Source: an uncultured bacterium
GTDB lineage: Bacteria; Chloroflexota; UBA5177; JANWHV01
Direction: 5' to 3'
Length of the DNA: 64,000 nt
NCBI GenBank assembly: GCA_963729625.1
Contig: CAVSOU010000008.1
Coordinates: forward strand, 576,001 to 640,000
Below the pieces are notes generated by a model. The model searched no databases and had not been told where the DNA came from. It saw only the letters and a program-made list of their open reading frames with translations. Both the position numbers and the translations under genes were made by a program. Below are positions 10,000-20,594 of this stretch, piece after piece. How positions within the stretch are numbered: the stretch's first letter is position 1; each line of letters starts with the position of its first letter.

Positions 10000-11496
10000 A
10001 TGGTGTGTCCATCCCTGGGTACCTGGCTGGGGCACGTCCTGCGCGGTCTTGCGGTCTGCTCGTTTGTCGCCTGCGGCGCCATCACTGAGGGGAGTATCGC
10101 TGCGCCTGCGGGGAACGCGGCAGCGCAGCGGCCCAACATCGTCTTCATCCTGACGGACGACCTTTCCTGGAACCTGGTGCAGTACATGCCGCACGTGCTG
10201 CAGCTTGAGAGCCAGGGAGTCACGTTTGACCACTACATCGTCACGGACTCGCTGTGCTGCCCGTCGCGCTCGTCCATCTTCACCGGCCTCTTCCCTCACG
10301 ACACCGGCGTCTTTGGAAACACGGGGTCAGCTGGCGGGTACTACGCGTTCCTCGCTAACGGCGACGAGGGCAAGACGTTCGCGATCGCGGCCCAATCGAG
10401 CGGCTACCGCACGTCGATGATGGGTAAGTACCTCAACGGCTACGAGCCGTCGAGCCTGTTCATTCCGGTGGGTTGGAGCGACTGGCATGTGGCCGGCGAG
10501 GGCTACCCGGAGTTCAATTACGGCCTCAACGAGAACGGCAAAGTCGTGCACTACGGGGGCCCGAGTAACCCGAGCAACTATCTGACTGACGTGCTCGCCG
10601 ACCGGGGCGCAGCATTCATCAACGAGGCTGCCGACGCGCACCAGCCGTTCCTGCTGGAAGTTGCGACGTTTGCGCCCCATGCACCGTATACGCCCGCTCC
10701 ACGCGACGCCGGCCACTTTCCCGGACTGACGGCGCCGCGAACAGCCGCATTTGATCAGAACAACGTCAACCCTCCCACGTGGCTCGGCCCGCGGCCTCCC
10801 TTGACGCGCAAGCAGATCAACACAATTAACGTTGGGTTCCGACGGCGCGCCCAGTCCGTGCAGGCGGTTGATGATTTGCTTGTCCGGGTGGAAGCCACGC
10901 TCAAAGCCCGTGGCCTGGACACGAATACCTATATCGTCTTCAGCTCTGACAACGGCTACCACATGGGCGAGCACCGGCTCCTGCCCGGCAAGATGACCGC
11001 GTTCGATTCGGACATCCGGGTGCCGTTGATCGTCGCCGGTCCGGGCGTGCCGCGCGGACGTACCCTCTCACAACTGGCGGAGAACATCGACCTCAACCCC
11101 ACGTTCATCCAGCTTGCCGGCGGCACACCAAACCCGTCCGTCGACGGGCACAGTCTCGTGCCGCTGATCCTGGGCCAGTCGGTGCCGAGCTGGCGGACCG
11201 CCGCGCTGGTCGAACACCACGGGCCGGATACGGACGTCACGGATATCGATTACGAGAACGGCGCGCTGGGGGGTAATCCCACGACCTATAAGGCGATCCG
11301 GCTGCCGAACGCTGTGTATGTCGAGTACGCCAACGGCGAGCACGAGTACTACCGCATCGATCAGGATCCGGAGGAGCTGGTCAATGTGTACGGTCACCTC
11401 AGCGCGTCTGAGCAAGCCCAATTGCACGCGACCGTGGCCGCACTCTCGACGTGCCATGACGCGAGCAACTGCTGGGCGGCCGGCCTCCCGCGCTGA
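10000..11496 (+). CDS. Secreted sulfatase (N-acetylglucosamine-6-sulfatase-like)
   Basis: PNIVFILTDD, CCPSR (CxPxR formylglycine motif), GKYLNGY, SDNGYH. Confidence 0.92.
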   Translation: MVCPSLGTWLGHVLRGLAVCSFVACGAITEGSIAAPAGNAAAQRPNIVFILTDDLSWNLVQYMPHVLQLESQGVTFDHYIVTDSLCCPSRSSIFTGLFPHDTGVFGNTGSAGGYYAFLANGDEGKTFAIAAQSSGYRTSMMGKYLNGYEPSSLFIPVGWSDWHVAGEGYPEFNYGLNENGKVVHYGGPSNPSNYLTDVLADRGAAFINEAADAHQPFLLEVATFAPHAPYTPAPRDAGHFPGLTAPRTAAFDQNNVNPPTWLGPRPPLTRKQINTINVGFRRRAQSVQAVDDLLVRVEATLKARGLDTNTYIVFSSDNGYHMGEHRLLPGKMTAFDSDIRVPLIVAGPGVPRGRTLSQLAENIDLNPTFIQLAGGTPNPSVDGHSLVPLILGQSVPSWRTAALVEHHGPDTDVTDIDYENGALGGNPTTYKAIRLPNAVYVEYANGEHEYYRIDQDPEELVNVYGHLSASEQAQLHATVAALSTCHDASNCWAAGLPR

Positions 11497-11561
11497 TCGC
11501 GCCTTGGCCGGACCTGATACCGTGACAGCGCTCCGGGCTGTTGTGTTCGCCATGTGAGCTT

Positions 11562-11605
11562 TCGCCACTCATGCGGCACCAGGTACTGTGCCGCGTGAGT
11601 GGCGA
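11562..11605. terminator. 18-bp GC-rich stem-loop between convergent genes (terminator-like or REP-like)
   Basis: tcgccactcatgcggcac / gtgccgcgtgagtggcga, one G-U pair; no clear U-tract. Confidence 0.55.
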
Positions 11606-11632
11606 GCCCTGGTCGCCGTGATACCAGCGAGC

Positions 11633-12116
11633 TAACCGGCTTCGATGCCTGCACCTTCACTCGGCGCGCGCCGCACGAGCTCGGTAAAGCCTGCATAGGC
11701 GCGAAGGCGCTGCGCTTCAACGGCCCTGGCTCCAGGAAACGTCAACGTGAGGACCGCAGTCCGCGGTCGGCCGCCTGCATCGAACACACACGCTCCAGAT
11801 AGCCGCGGAACCCTGTCCAGGCGTTCTCCGCCTGCAACGCCTCCTCGACCGCGTTCGCATAGGCCGTCATGGCGTGCTCAAAGCTCGCGGCAATCAGGTC
11901 TTCACGGGTGGGGAAACGGCGATAGAGCGTGGCGATGCCCACCCCCGCGCGGTGGGCGATCTCCTCCAGCGGCGCGTCCAGCCCGTCTTCCGCGAACACG
12001 ACGCGCGCCGCTTCCAGCAGGCACTCGCGATTGCGCGCGGCGTCGACACGCAACGGCGCGCGCTCGACGGTACTCGACGGCACAGGCTCCGGCGCAGAGT
12101 CACTGTACGACGGCAC
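11633..12116 (-). pseudogene. TetR family regulator, frameshifted and C-terminally truncated
   Basis: TetR HTH IAHRAGVGIATLYRRFPTREDL; ORF stops at 11742, but a shifted frame continues VLTLTFPGARAVEAQRLRAYAGFTELVRRA, typical of this TetR subfamily. Confidence 0.75.
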
Positions 12117-12132
12117 GCCTCAAGCATAGCAT

Positions 12133-12154
12133 AAATGGAGGGCATTCTCCATTT
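12133..12154. promoter_or_regulatory. Palindromic TetR-type operator AAATGGAG-N6-CTCCATTT
   Basis: Perfect 8-bp inverted repeat between the divergent tetR and oxidoreductase genes. Confidence 0.65.
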
Positions 12155-12264
12155 GTACCACAATGTGTTATGCTCGATTCAAGTGGACACAAGTCCCCAG
12201 TTTTCAGGCGACAGCCAGAAATGGTCCGCCGTCGACGCACTATTGTAGAGAGAAGACTGCATCC

Positions 12265-12477
12265 ATGCGTGCTATTGCTGTAGAAGACTTTGGCGCCGTG
12301 CCTGCCCTGCGCGATCTCCCCATTCCCGAGCCCGGGCCGGACGAGGTTTTGGTCCGTGTCCACGCGGCTTCGCTCAACGGCTTCGACCTGGCCGTCGCCG
12401 CGGGCAGGCTCAAGGGGATTATGGAGCACCGCTTCCCTGTGGTGCTCGGCAAGGGCTTCGCCGGAGGGAACCTGTGA
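12265..12477 (+). pseudogene. N-terminal fragment (~70 aa) of an NADPH:quinone oxidoreductase / MDR-family protein
   Basis: MRAIAVEDFG...PEPGPDEVLVRVHAASLN...FPVVLGKGFAG then stop; the Rossmann domain is absent. Confidence 0.8.
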
Positions 12478-13064
12478 TCCGAATCGCTGTGATCCTCGGC
12501 ACCACCCGTCCGGGCCGCTTCGGCGAGAAGCCGGCCGCCTGGATCGCCAATCGCCTTGCCGCGCGTGGTGACGTGGACGTCGCGCTGCTCGACCTGCGCG
12601 AGTACCCGCTCCCGTTTTATGAGGAGCTCATGTCGCCTGCACGCACCGGGCGAGAGTACCGCACGCCGGAGGTAGCGCGCTGGGCGCAGGCGGTGGATGC
12701 GGCGGACGGCTATGTGATCGTCGCCGGCGAATACAACCACGGCTACCCGGCAGTGCTCAAGAACGCCATCGACCACACATTCGTGCAGTGGCATCGCAAG
12801 CCGGTAGCCTTCGTGGGCTACGGCAACGCCGGTGGCGCGCGGGCCATCGAGCAGTTGCGGCTGGTGGCGGTCGAGCTCGAGATGGCGCCGCTGCGCCACG
12901 CTGTGCATATCCTGCCCGATGTGATGCGCCCCGCGATGGCGGCGCCGTCGCCCGTGGACCCGGCTGTCTTCGCGGAGCTGGAGCCGCGCGCCGATCTGCT
13001 CGTCGAGGACCTCGTCTGGTGGGCGCGGGCTCTGCAGTCAGCCCGCGCCTTGCCGCAGCCGTAG
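12474..13064 (+). CDS. NADPH-dependent FMN reductase
   Basis: ILGTTRPGRFG, EYNHGYPAVLKNAID, GGARAIEQLR; GGAGG RBS. Confidence 0.92.
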   Translation: MIRIAVILGTTRPGRFGEKPAAWIANRLAARGDVDVALLDLREYPLPFYEELMSPARTGREYRTPEVARWAQAVDAADGYVIVAGEYNHGYPAVLKNAIDHTFVQWHRKPVAFVGYGNAGGARAIEQLRLVAVELEMAPLRHAVHILPDVMRPAMAAPSPVDPAVFAELEPRADLLVEDLVWWARALQSARALPQP

Positions 13065-13132
13065 CACTCTTACTGCGACGCAGTTGTTGGGGAAGAACGG
13101 CAACACCATGGTACTGCGAGAGGACGGACCTC

Positions 13133-15076
13133 TCACGATGCCACGGCCTGGAACGCCGGTCCGGGCCGTGCTTCTTCCTCCTCCAGGTTCGCGCCCCTGA
13201 ACTGGCTGTTGTAGAGATCGGCGTAGAAGCCGCCCTTCTCCAGCAGCTCGCGGTGTGTGCCATGCTCGATGATGCTGCCGTGATTCATCACCAGAATCAT
13301 CTCGGCATCCCGAATGGTCGACAGCCGGTGGGCAATGACGAAGCTCGTTCTTCCCGCCATCAGCACGGCCATGGCCTTCTGGATCAGGACTTCGGTACGG
13401 GAGTCGACGTTGCTGGTGGCCTCGTCCAGGATGAGAATCGCCGGATCGGCAAGGATGGCGCGCGCGATCGTCAGCAGTTGCCGCTGGCCCTGAGAGATGT
13501 TCGACGCCTCCTCGTTGATTACGGTGTCGTAGCCCTCAGGCAAGGTTCTGACGAAGTGATCGGCATGGGCAGCCTTCGCCGCGCGCATGATTTCTTCCTC
13601 CGTGGCGCCCTTGCGGCCGTAGGCGATGTTTTCACGAATGGTGCCTGAGAACAGCCAGGTGTCCTGCAGCACCATGCCGAACATGTGGCGCAGCGCCTCG
13701 CGCGGCATCTCGCGAATGTCCACGCCGTCGACCAGGATCCTGCCACGGTCGACGTCATAGAAGCGCATCAGCAGGTTCACCAGCGTGGTCTTCCCGGCAC
13801 CGGTCGGTCCTACGATGGCGACGGTGTGGCCCGGTTCGACGTCGAGATTCATGCCCGTGATCAGCGGTTTGTCGGCGACGTACCTGAAGTCGACATCCTC
13901 AAACCGGACCACCCCTTGCGGTGACGTTATGACCCTTGCGTCGGCACTCTCAGGAATCTCCTCCGTCTCGTCGAGCAGCTCGAAGACGCGCTCGGCCGAG
14001 GCAACCGTCGACTGAATGACGTTCGCGATGTTGGCCGTTTGCACGATGGGCTGGGTGAACTGCTGGGAGTACTGGATGAACGCCTGCACGTCGCCGATGG
14101 CGATCTTGCCCTTGGTGACGAAGATGCCGCCGACGACACAGACGATTACGTAACCGATGTTGCTGATAAACTGCATGACCGGCATCAGAATGCCGGACAC
14201 GAATTGCGCGCGCCAGGCGGCGCCGTAAAGCCGCTCGTTGATCCCCGTGAACCGCTCAATGGCGTCGCGCTCCCGCCCGAATGCTTTGACGATCGTATGG
14301 CCGGTATACATCTCCTCGACGTGCCCGCTCAGCTCACCCAGCTCCTTCTGCTGCGCCGCGAAATACTTCTGCGAGCGTTTCGCGATCTGCATGGTGGCCA
14401 GCACATAAATGGGGATAGTCACGATCACCACAAGCGTCAGCACCACGTTGATCGACAACATCATGATCACAACGCCAAGAAGCGTGACGACAGACGTGAG
14501 CAGCTGCGTCAGATTCTGTTGCAGCGTGGTCGCGATGTTGTCGATATCGTTGGTGACACGGCTCAGAATCTCACCGTGTGTCCGCGTATCGAAGAACTTG
14601 AGGGGCAGGCGCGTGAGCTTGTCGTTTACATCCTTGCGCATCTGATAGACGATTCTCTGCGCGATCCCGGCCATCATGTACTGCTGGATATAGCTGCAGA
14701 TTGCGCTGATGAGGTAGAGCCCGATGAGCAGCAGGATAATATGCCCGATGTAGTCGAAGTCCAGGCTAGGCATCGGCTTACCCTGGCGCAAGGCCGTGTA
14801 CTTCGCGATCAATCCCTCGAATATCTTGGTCGTGGCATTGCCCAAGATCTTGGGACTGACAATCATGAAGGCCGTGCTCAGAATGGCGAACACCAGCACG
14901 ATAGCCAGTCGCAGCCGGTGGGGCTGCAGATAGCGCAACAGGCGCTTGAGCGTACCCTTGAAATCCTTCGCCTTCTCGGCCGGCCGCATGAGGCCGCCCA
15001 TCGGGCCGCCTCGGCCACTGCCAGGGCCAAATCCCGGACGGTCGGGCGGCCGCTGCGCTGGACGCTGCTCGTTCAT
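13133..15076 (-). CDS. Heterodimeric ABC exporter, permease/ATPase subunit (consensus site)
   Basis: TM domain; GPTGAGKT, ISQGQRQ, LILDEAT, IAHRL. Confidence 0.95.
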   Translation of the reverse strand: MNEQRPAQRPPDRPGFGPGSGRGGPMGGLMRPAEKAKDFKGTLKRLLRYLQPHRLRLAIVLVFAILSTAFMIVSPKILGNATTKIFEGLIAKYTALRQGKPMPSLDFDYIGHIILLLIGLYLISAICSYIQQYMMAGIAQRIVYQMRKDVNDKLTRLPLKFFDTRTHGEILSRVTNDIDNIATTLQQNLTQLLTSVVTLLGVVIMMLSINVVLTLVVIVTIPIYVLATMQIAKRSQKYFAAQQKELGELSGHVEEMYTGHTIVKAFGRERDAIERFTGINERLYGAAWRAQFVSGILMPVMQFISNIGYVIVCVVGGIFVTKGKIAIGDVQAFIQYSQQFTQPIVQTANIANVIQSTVASAERVFELLDETEEIPESADARVITSPQGVVRFEDVDFRYVADKPLITGMNLDVEPGHTVAIVGPTGAGKTTLVNLLMRFYDVDRGRILVDGVDIREMPREALRHMFGMVLQDTWLFSGTIRENIAYGRKGATEEEIMRAAKAAHADHFVRTLPEGYDTVINEEASNISQGQRQLLTIARAILADPAILILDEATSNVDSRTEVLIQKAMAVLMAGRTSFVIAHRLSTIRDAEMILVMNHGSIIEHGTHRELLEKGGFYADLYNSQFRGANLEEEEARPGPAFQAVAS

Positions 15077-16800
15077 GCTACTTCCTCTTCCGACAGCTGC
15101 GACGAGACGATCTCGCGGTAGACTTCACATGCGGTGAGCAGCTCCCGGTGCGTGCCGATGCCCGCGATCCGGCCTTCGTCCAGCACGATGATTCGATCGG
15201 CGTCCATCACCGTTGCCACACGCTGCGCGATCAGGAGGACCGTGGCGTCGGCCGTCTCCTGCTTGAGCGCGGCACGCAGGCGGGCGTCCGTCTTGAAGTC
15301 GAGCGCGGAGAAGCTGTCATCGAAGATGTAGATCTCCGGGCGCTTGGCCATCACGCGCGCTATGGACAGCCGCTGCTTCTGCCCGCCGGACACATTCGTG
15401 CCGCCCTGCGTCACGCCCGCGTCGAAGCCGCCGTCCATGGCCTCGATGAACTCCAAGCCCTGGGCCACATCCGCGGCGTGCCGCACTTCTTCGTCCGTGG
15501 CGTCGTCGTTGCCGAATCGGATGTTCTCTGCAATCGTGCCGCTGAACAGCACCGTCTTCTGCGGCACATAGCCGATCTTGGCCCTGAGATCCGCCTGCGC
15601 CATTTCCCTGATATCGACGCCGTCGACGAGCACGGCGCCGCTGTTCACGTCGTAGAAGCGGGGAATGAGGTTGATCAAGGTGGACTTGCCCGCGCCCGTG
15701 CTGCCGATGATCGCGGTCAGCTCGCCGGGCTTCGCGCTGAACGAGATATTGCTGATCGCCGGCTGCTCCGCCCCCGGATAGCTGAACGTCACATCGCGGA
15801 ACTCCACGTAGCCCCTCTCGGCATCGGCCCGCTCGGCCTGCTGGGGATCCCTGATCTCCGGCGCCGTATCCAGCACCTCGTTGATCCTGTCCGCCGCTGC
15901 TGCGGCCCGAGGCACCATCACGAACATCATGGAGACCATCAGGAAAGCGAACATTATCTGCATGGCGTACTGTATGAACGCGATCAGTGAGCCGATCTGC
16001 ATGTCGCCGTGGTCGATGCGGATGGCGCCGAACCATACGATGGCGAGGCTTGTCAGGCTCATAACCAACATCAGCACCGGCATCAGAAACGCCATGATCC
16101 GGTTGACGGCGATGGCGTTATTCGTCAGGTCCTCGTTGGCGTTCTCGAACCGCTCCTTTTCGTCGTCGATACGGTTGAAGGCGCGAATGACCCGAATGCC
16201 GATCAGGTGCTCGCGCAGCACCAGGTTCACTTTGTCGATCTTGATCTGCATGAGCCTGAAAAGCGGAATCCCCTTCCGGGCAATCAGCACAATAGCCGCG
16301 ATGAGCACCGGGACCGATACCGCGAGTACCAGGGTCAGCGGCTTGTCGAGCGACAGTGCCATGATGATGCCGCCAACGGCCATGATCGGTGCCATGATCA
16401 TCAGGCGCATGATGATCATGGTGACCATCTGCACCTGCGTCACGTCGTTGGTCGTACGCGTGATCAGGGTCGCGGTGCCGAATTTGTCAAACTCATGCAG
16501 CGAGAAGCTCTCCACTCGCTGGAAGATCTCATCGCGCACAATGCGGCCGAAACCCATGGCGGCTTTCGCCGACAGGAAGCTGGCGATGACGGCGCACACC
16601 ATGCCGCCCGCGGCGATCGCCAGCATCACGCCGCCGACCTGCACGATGTAGGTAATGTTGTTCGGGACGATGCCGTTGTCCACGATATCGGACATGAGCG
16701 TGGGCAGGTAGAGGCTGGCAATCGCCTGGCAGGCCACCAGCACGATGACGGCAAAGATGGGCACCCTATACGGGCGAAGGAAGCGGAAGAGCTTGATCAT
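15073..16800 (-). CDS. Heterodimeric ABC exporter, permease/ATPase subunit (degenerate site)
   Basis: GSTGAGKS, VSGGQKQ, IFDDSFSALD, IAQR; 4-bp overlaps with neighbours. Confidence 0.95.
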   Translation of the reverse strand: MIKLFRFLRPYRVPIFAVIVLVACQAIASLYLPTLMSDIVDNGIVPNNITYIVQVGGVMLAIAAGGMVCAVIASFLSAKAAMGFGRIVRDEIFQRVESFSLHEFDKFGTATLITRTTNDVTQVQMVTMIIMRLMIMAPIMAVGGIIMALSLDKPLTLVLAVSVPVLIAAIVLIARKGIPLFRLMQIKIDKVNLVLREHLIGIRVIRAFNRIDDEKERFENANEDLTNNAIAVNRIMAFLMPVLMLVMSLTSLAIVWFGAIRIDHGDMQIGSLIAFIQYAMQIMFAFLMVSMMFVMVPRAAAAADRINEVLDTAPEIRDPQQAERADAERGYVEFRDVTFSYPGAEQPAISNISFSAKPGELTAIIGSTGAGKSTLINLIPRFYDVNSGAVLVDGVDIREMAQADLRAKIGYVPQKTVLFSGTIAENIRFGNDDATDEEVRHAADVAQGLEFIEAMDGGFDAGVTQGGTNVSGGQKQRLSIARVMAKRPEIYIFDDSFSALDFKTDARLRAALKQETADATVLLIAQRVATVMDADRIIVLDEGRIAGIGTHRELLTACEVYREIVSSQLSEEEVA

Positions 16801-17507
16801 GTGTGGTTCACTCCGGCTAGCGGTGTTGTTTCCGTGGCCGCTGAAACAGGGCGCACGCGTCCGTGGGAGTACGCATTGTCACCTGGGAATCGACATATGC
16901 CGTGGAAATACAGCCGCACCGCGTAAGCGGCCAACTCCTCGCGGCTTACCGCGAAATCGCTCCGCAACTCCGGCCTGCTGTGTGTCCGCGTGAGGGACAG
17001 CAGAAAGCGCGCAGCTACCGGCGCGGGAATCGCCGTGTCCAACTCACCCGTCGCCTGCCCCTGCCGGATGATCGCGACGAGCTCGTCGAGCATACGCGTG
17101 ACGGCTTCATGCAGCCCCGGTTGGTCGTGGAACGCCGCGGAGAGCGCATGCCGCTGCGGACCCGCGAGTGCCGAAATCCACGCCTGCTGTTTCGCGATGG
17201 CCGAGGTCAGAATGATGCTTAGGCGTTCGACAGCCGGTCGCTCAGCATCAGCGAGACGCTCCCGGATGCGCGCTTCGGCGTATTCCACGCCGCGCCTGAC
17301 AATCGCGCCGACAAGATCCTCTTTCCTGGCAAAGTGCTGATACAGGGTACCCTTGCTTACGCCCACGCGCTCGGCAAGCTCGTCCATAACGAGCCCCTCA
17401 TAGCCCTGCTCATTGAGGATTCGCTCTGCCTCCTCCAGAATGAGCAGCTCCCGTTGCGCACGTTGACGCTCCCGCAATGACACCTGGGCGCGCGCCCTGT
17501 CGTTCAT
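16797..17507 (-). CDS. TetR family regulator
   Basis: MDELAERVGVSKGTLYQHF HTH. Confidence 0.92.
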   Translation of the reverse strand: MNDRARAQVSLRERQRAQRELLILEEAERILNEQGYEGLVMDELAERVGVSKGTLYQHFARKEDLVGAIVRRGVEYAEARIRERLADAERPAVERLSIILTSAIAKQQAWISALAGPQRHALSAAFHDQPGLHEAVTRMLDELVAIIRQGQATGELDTAIPAPVAARFLLSLTRTHSRPELRSDFAVSREELAAYAVRLYFHGICRFPGDNAYSHGRVRPVSAATETTPLAGVNHT

Positions 17508-17561
17508 TCCAGCTCCTCACCCGATTGGTTTGCGGACTACCCGACCATAAGCGATCATGAC

Positions 17562-17622
17562 GGAGTATACTCCTTGGTCATATTTTATACCTTAGGGTCA
17601 ATGTCTATCAATAGAGTCACGA
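17562..17622. promoter_or_regulatory. Repeated (T/G)AC-N6-GTCA operator-like sites upstream of the tetR-ABC operon
   Basis: tac-tccttg-gtca, tac-cttagg-gtca, atagagtcacga; GGAGTATACTCC palindrome. Confidence 0.5.
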
Positions 17623-17801
17623 GTCGAGCTAAGCGGTTCTCGGAAGCGCTCGAGACGAGGGGCTGCCAAGGTGAAGAGCATGGACCCCCAGCCGCCAGGG
17701 TGGAAGATCGGCACCGCCTCCGGCTGCGGCCGGATGGAAGAGGGGCCTCGGCTGCGGCTGGCTGGTCCTCGGGCCGTCTTCATCATCACCAATTGCCGGG
17801 T

Positions 17802-19580
17802 CTACGCCTCGACCGGCTCCTCCATGCCGTGAATGAAGCGCTTGCCGCGCATGAGGGAAGCGACGGCCGCCACGATCGAGAAGACCGCGGAGACATAGAA
17901 GGCTGCGTGCAGGCTGTCGATGAAGGCGGGCATGATCAGGTGCGGAAAGAAGGTCTTGCCGAACAAGGTAGCCTGCGCCTGGGCGCCGAGATGGGCAGCC
18001 ACGGATGGGGGTACCAGCGAGTGCATGGGATTGTAACCCAGGAAGGCAGCGAAGAGCACGCTGATGGGCGGCAAGCCGGCGATTTGATGAGCTACTCTCA
18101 CGGGCAGACCATTCTGCGTTAGCCCGGCCGACATCACGGTAGGGAGCGAGGAGGCCAGACCAGCCGTCAAGATGGTGAAGAACAAGGCCATGCTCACCAT
18201 CATGCCGGCGTTCTGAAACGTGCCACGCATCCCGGAGGCCACGCCCCGGTCCTCTGCCGGCACGGAGTTCATGATGCTGGTGGTGTTCGGCGCGGCGAAC
18301 AGGCCCATCCCGGCGCCCATGAGCAACAGGACGGCAAAGAACGCCCAGCGATTGAAATCCCCGGGCAAGAGATTCAGCAGCAGGAAGCCGACGGCGGTGA
18401 TAGCCATGCCGCCAGTGGCAAAGGCGCGCGCGCCGTAGCGGTCGGACAGCCAGCCGGAGACCGGGCCAAAACCGATGAAGCCGAGCATCATCGGCATCGT
18501 GTAGATGCCGGCCCAGAGCGGCGTGTCCTCGAATGAGACGCCGTGCAGCGGGAGCCAGATGCCCTGGAGCCAGATGATCAGCATGAACTGCAGACCGCCG
18601 CGCGCCAGGGAGCTGAGAAAGCCGCTCAGGTTTCCGGCCGCGAACATACGGATCTTGAACAGCCTGAGGTGGAACAACGGATCGGGGGCGCGCGTCTCAA
18701 GCCAGAGAAACGCGGCAAGCAGCAGCACGCCGATCACCAGGGCGGCAATCACCCAAGGGTTGGTCCAGCCCAGCGCACTTGTGCCGTATGGCTCGATGCC
18801 GTACGTGACGCCGACGAGAAGGACGGTCAGCCCGACCAAGAAGGTGAGATTGCCGGGGATATCGAGGTGCTGGCCGGTGCGGATGGTGGCGATCTCGTGC
18901 AGGCGGAGGTACGCCCACACGGTGCCGAAGAGGCCAAACGGTACGCTGACCAGGAAGACCAGACGCCAGTCGACGGTGGCGAGCCAGCCGCCGACCAGCA
19001 AGCCGCCCAGGGAGCCGGAGATACCGGCAATCTGATTGATGCCCATGGCCAGGCCTCGCTCATGCGGCGGGAATGCATCGGTCAACAAGGCCGGGCTGTT
19101 GGCAAACAGGAATGCGCCCCCGACTCCCTGCACTACCCGAAAAGCCAGCAGCTCGATGCCGGCCTGCGTGCCGGTACCGGGCGTGAAGACCAGGAGCAGC
19201 GACCCCAGCGTGAAGATGGCAAAGCCCAGGTTGTACATACGGACCCGCCCGAACATGTCTGAGATGCGGCCGAAGGTCACCAGGAGCGTCGCGGTGACGA
19301 TCATGTACCCCATCAAGATCCAGAGCAAGAACCCGGAGTTGCCCGGCGCCATCGGATTGAGGGCGATACCGCGGAAGATGGCCGGCAGCGAGATCATCAT
19401 GATGCTGCCGTTGATGGTGGCCACCAGCATCCCGATTGTCGTGTTGGAGAGCACGATCCACTTGTACAGGTCGCCGCGGCGCGTGGCTATGGGTCTCGTA
19501 CTTGGTGGGCCATTATCTCCAAGCGCGACCGCTCCACCAGGACTCAGGACATTCGTGCGCCCCTCTGTGGGCGTGAGCAC
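17802..19580 (-). CDS. MFS drug:H+ antiporter (DHA2/EmrB-like, 14 TM); start uncertain
   Basis: FGRISDMFGR, FRVVQGVGGA, GWLSDRYGAR MFS motifs; in-frame GTG at 19580. Confidence 0.88.
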   Translation of the reverse strand: MLTPTEGRTNVLSPGGAVALGDNGPPSTRPIATRRGDLYKWIVLSNTTIGMLVATINGSIMMISLPAIFRGIALNPMAPGNSGFLLWILMGYMIVTATLLVTFGRISDMFGRVRMYNLGFAIFTLGSLLLVFTPGTGTQAGIELLAFRVVQGVGGAFLFANSPALLTDAFPPHERGLAMGINQIAGISGSLGGLLVGGWLATVDWRLVFLVSVPFGLFGTVWAYLRLHEIATIRTGQHLDIPGNLTFLVGLTVLLVGVTYGIEPYGTSALGWTNPWVIAALVIGVLLLAAFLWLETRAPDPLFHLRLFKIRMFAAGNLSGFLSSLARGGLQFMLIIWLQGIWLPLHGVSFEDTPLWAGIYTMPMMLGFIGFGPVSGWLSDRYGARAFATGGMAITAVGFLLLNLLPGDFNRWAFFAVLLLMGAGMGLFAAPNTTSIMNSVPAEDRGVASGMRGTFQNAGMMVSMALFFTILTAGLASSLPTVMSAGLTQNGLPVRVAHQIAGLPPISVLFAAFLGYNPMHSLVPPSVAAHLGAQAQATLFGKTFFPHLIMPAFIDSLHAAFYVSAVFSIVAAVASLMRGKRFIHGMEEPVEA

Positions 19581-19593
19581 ACCTGCCACAAAG

Positions 19594-20526
19594 CTACCGT
19601 TTTCGCGGCGGAGGCTCATCAGCCTCCCCGGGGCGTTCATGCACGTCGCCCGCGCCGCCCTGCACGACGTGCAGCCGCGGGCCGGTGGCGCCACCAGTGC
19701 GCACGAGCAGCACGGCCGCTGCCTTCTGGTGGACCACGCGCTCGGCCACCGTGCTGGGGAGCCAATGCAGGAGCGACATATGCGCATGCGTGGCCATGAC
19801 GATCATGTGCTCCGTTCCGGCCAGCTCACGTATGGCCGACTCCGGACAGCCCACCACTACTCGCCGGTCCACGATCTGTAGGCCCTGCCGCCCCAGTTGC
19901 TCCGCGACGCCGGCCAGGTAGCACTCGCCCCCGGGCCGCTGGCTTTCGTCCTGCACTACCCGCAAGAGACTCACGCGATGCACCACGGTAGGCGCCAGGG
20001 CTGCCAGCACCCGCAGCACGTCCTCGTGCGCGGCCGATCCATCCAGAGGCACCACGGCGTGCGCCAGGCACACTGGGTCAACGCAGCCATCCAGCAGCAG
20101 CAGTGGCGCCGTCCCGTGGCGCAGCAGGTGGGTGACCACGGACCCAAGGGTCAGTCGAGCCGGGCCGGCATGGCCGTGCAGACCCAGCACCACCAGGTCT
20201 ATCCAGTGTTCACGCTCGTAGAGCAGCAGCTGAGGCGCCACGTCTCCGAGGAGCGTGGTGGTAGATGCGCTGAGGCCGCCTGCCACCAAGCGCGCGCTGG
20301 CAGCCTCGAGCGAGGCCAGGGCCGCGTCCTCGTCGGCACGCAGCGCGACATCGTAGGCCGATTGCGGCAGGTAGGCGCCCATCACCGCCCAGGGCGGCAT
20401 GGGCAAGCGAACGACACGCACCAGATGAACCGTGGCATGGGTAGCCAGGGCCAGCGTCCGTGCGACCGGCAGCGCCTGTTCCGCCGCCCGCGAGCCGTCC
20501 AGGGGAACCAATACTTGACGGAACAT
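19594..20526 (-). CDS. Tandem universal stress protein
   Basis: Two VPLDGS motifs, DLVVLG..G...LGSV; AGGAGGTG RBS before ATG 20526. Confidence 0.9.
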   Translation of the reverse strand: MFRQVLVPLDGSRAAEQALPVARTLALATHATVHLVRVVRLPMPPWAVMGAYLPQSAYDVALRADEDAALASLEAASARLVAGGLSASTTTLLGDVAPQLLLYEREHWIDLVVLGLHGHAGPARLTLGSVVTHLLRHGTAPLLLLDGCVDPVCLAHAVVPLDGSAAHEDVLRVLAALAPTVVHRVSLLRVVQDESQRPGGECYLAGVAEQLGRQGLQIVDRRVVVGCPESAIRELAGTEHMIVMATHAHMSLLHWLPSTVAERVVHQKAAAVLLVRTGGATGPRLHVVQGGAGDVHERPGEADEPPPRKR

Positions 20527-20594
20527 TCCGCTCACCTCCTGCCCACAGCACGCCAGGCACACCGACCCGCGCACCCTGACCAGGGCACTATCGA

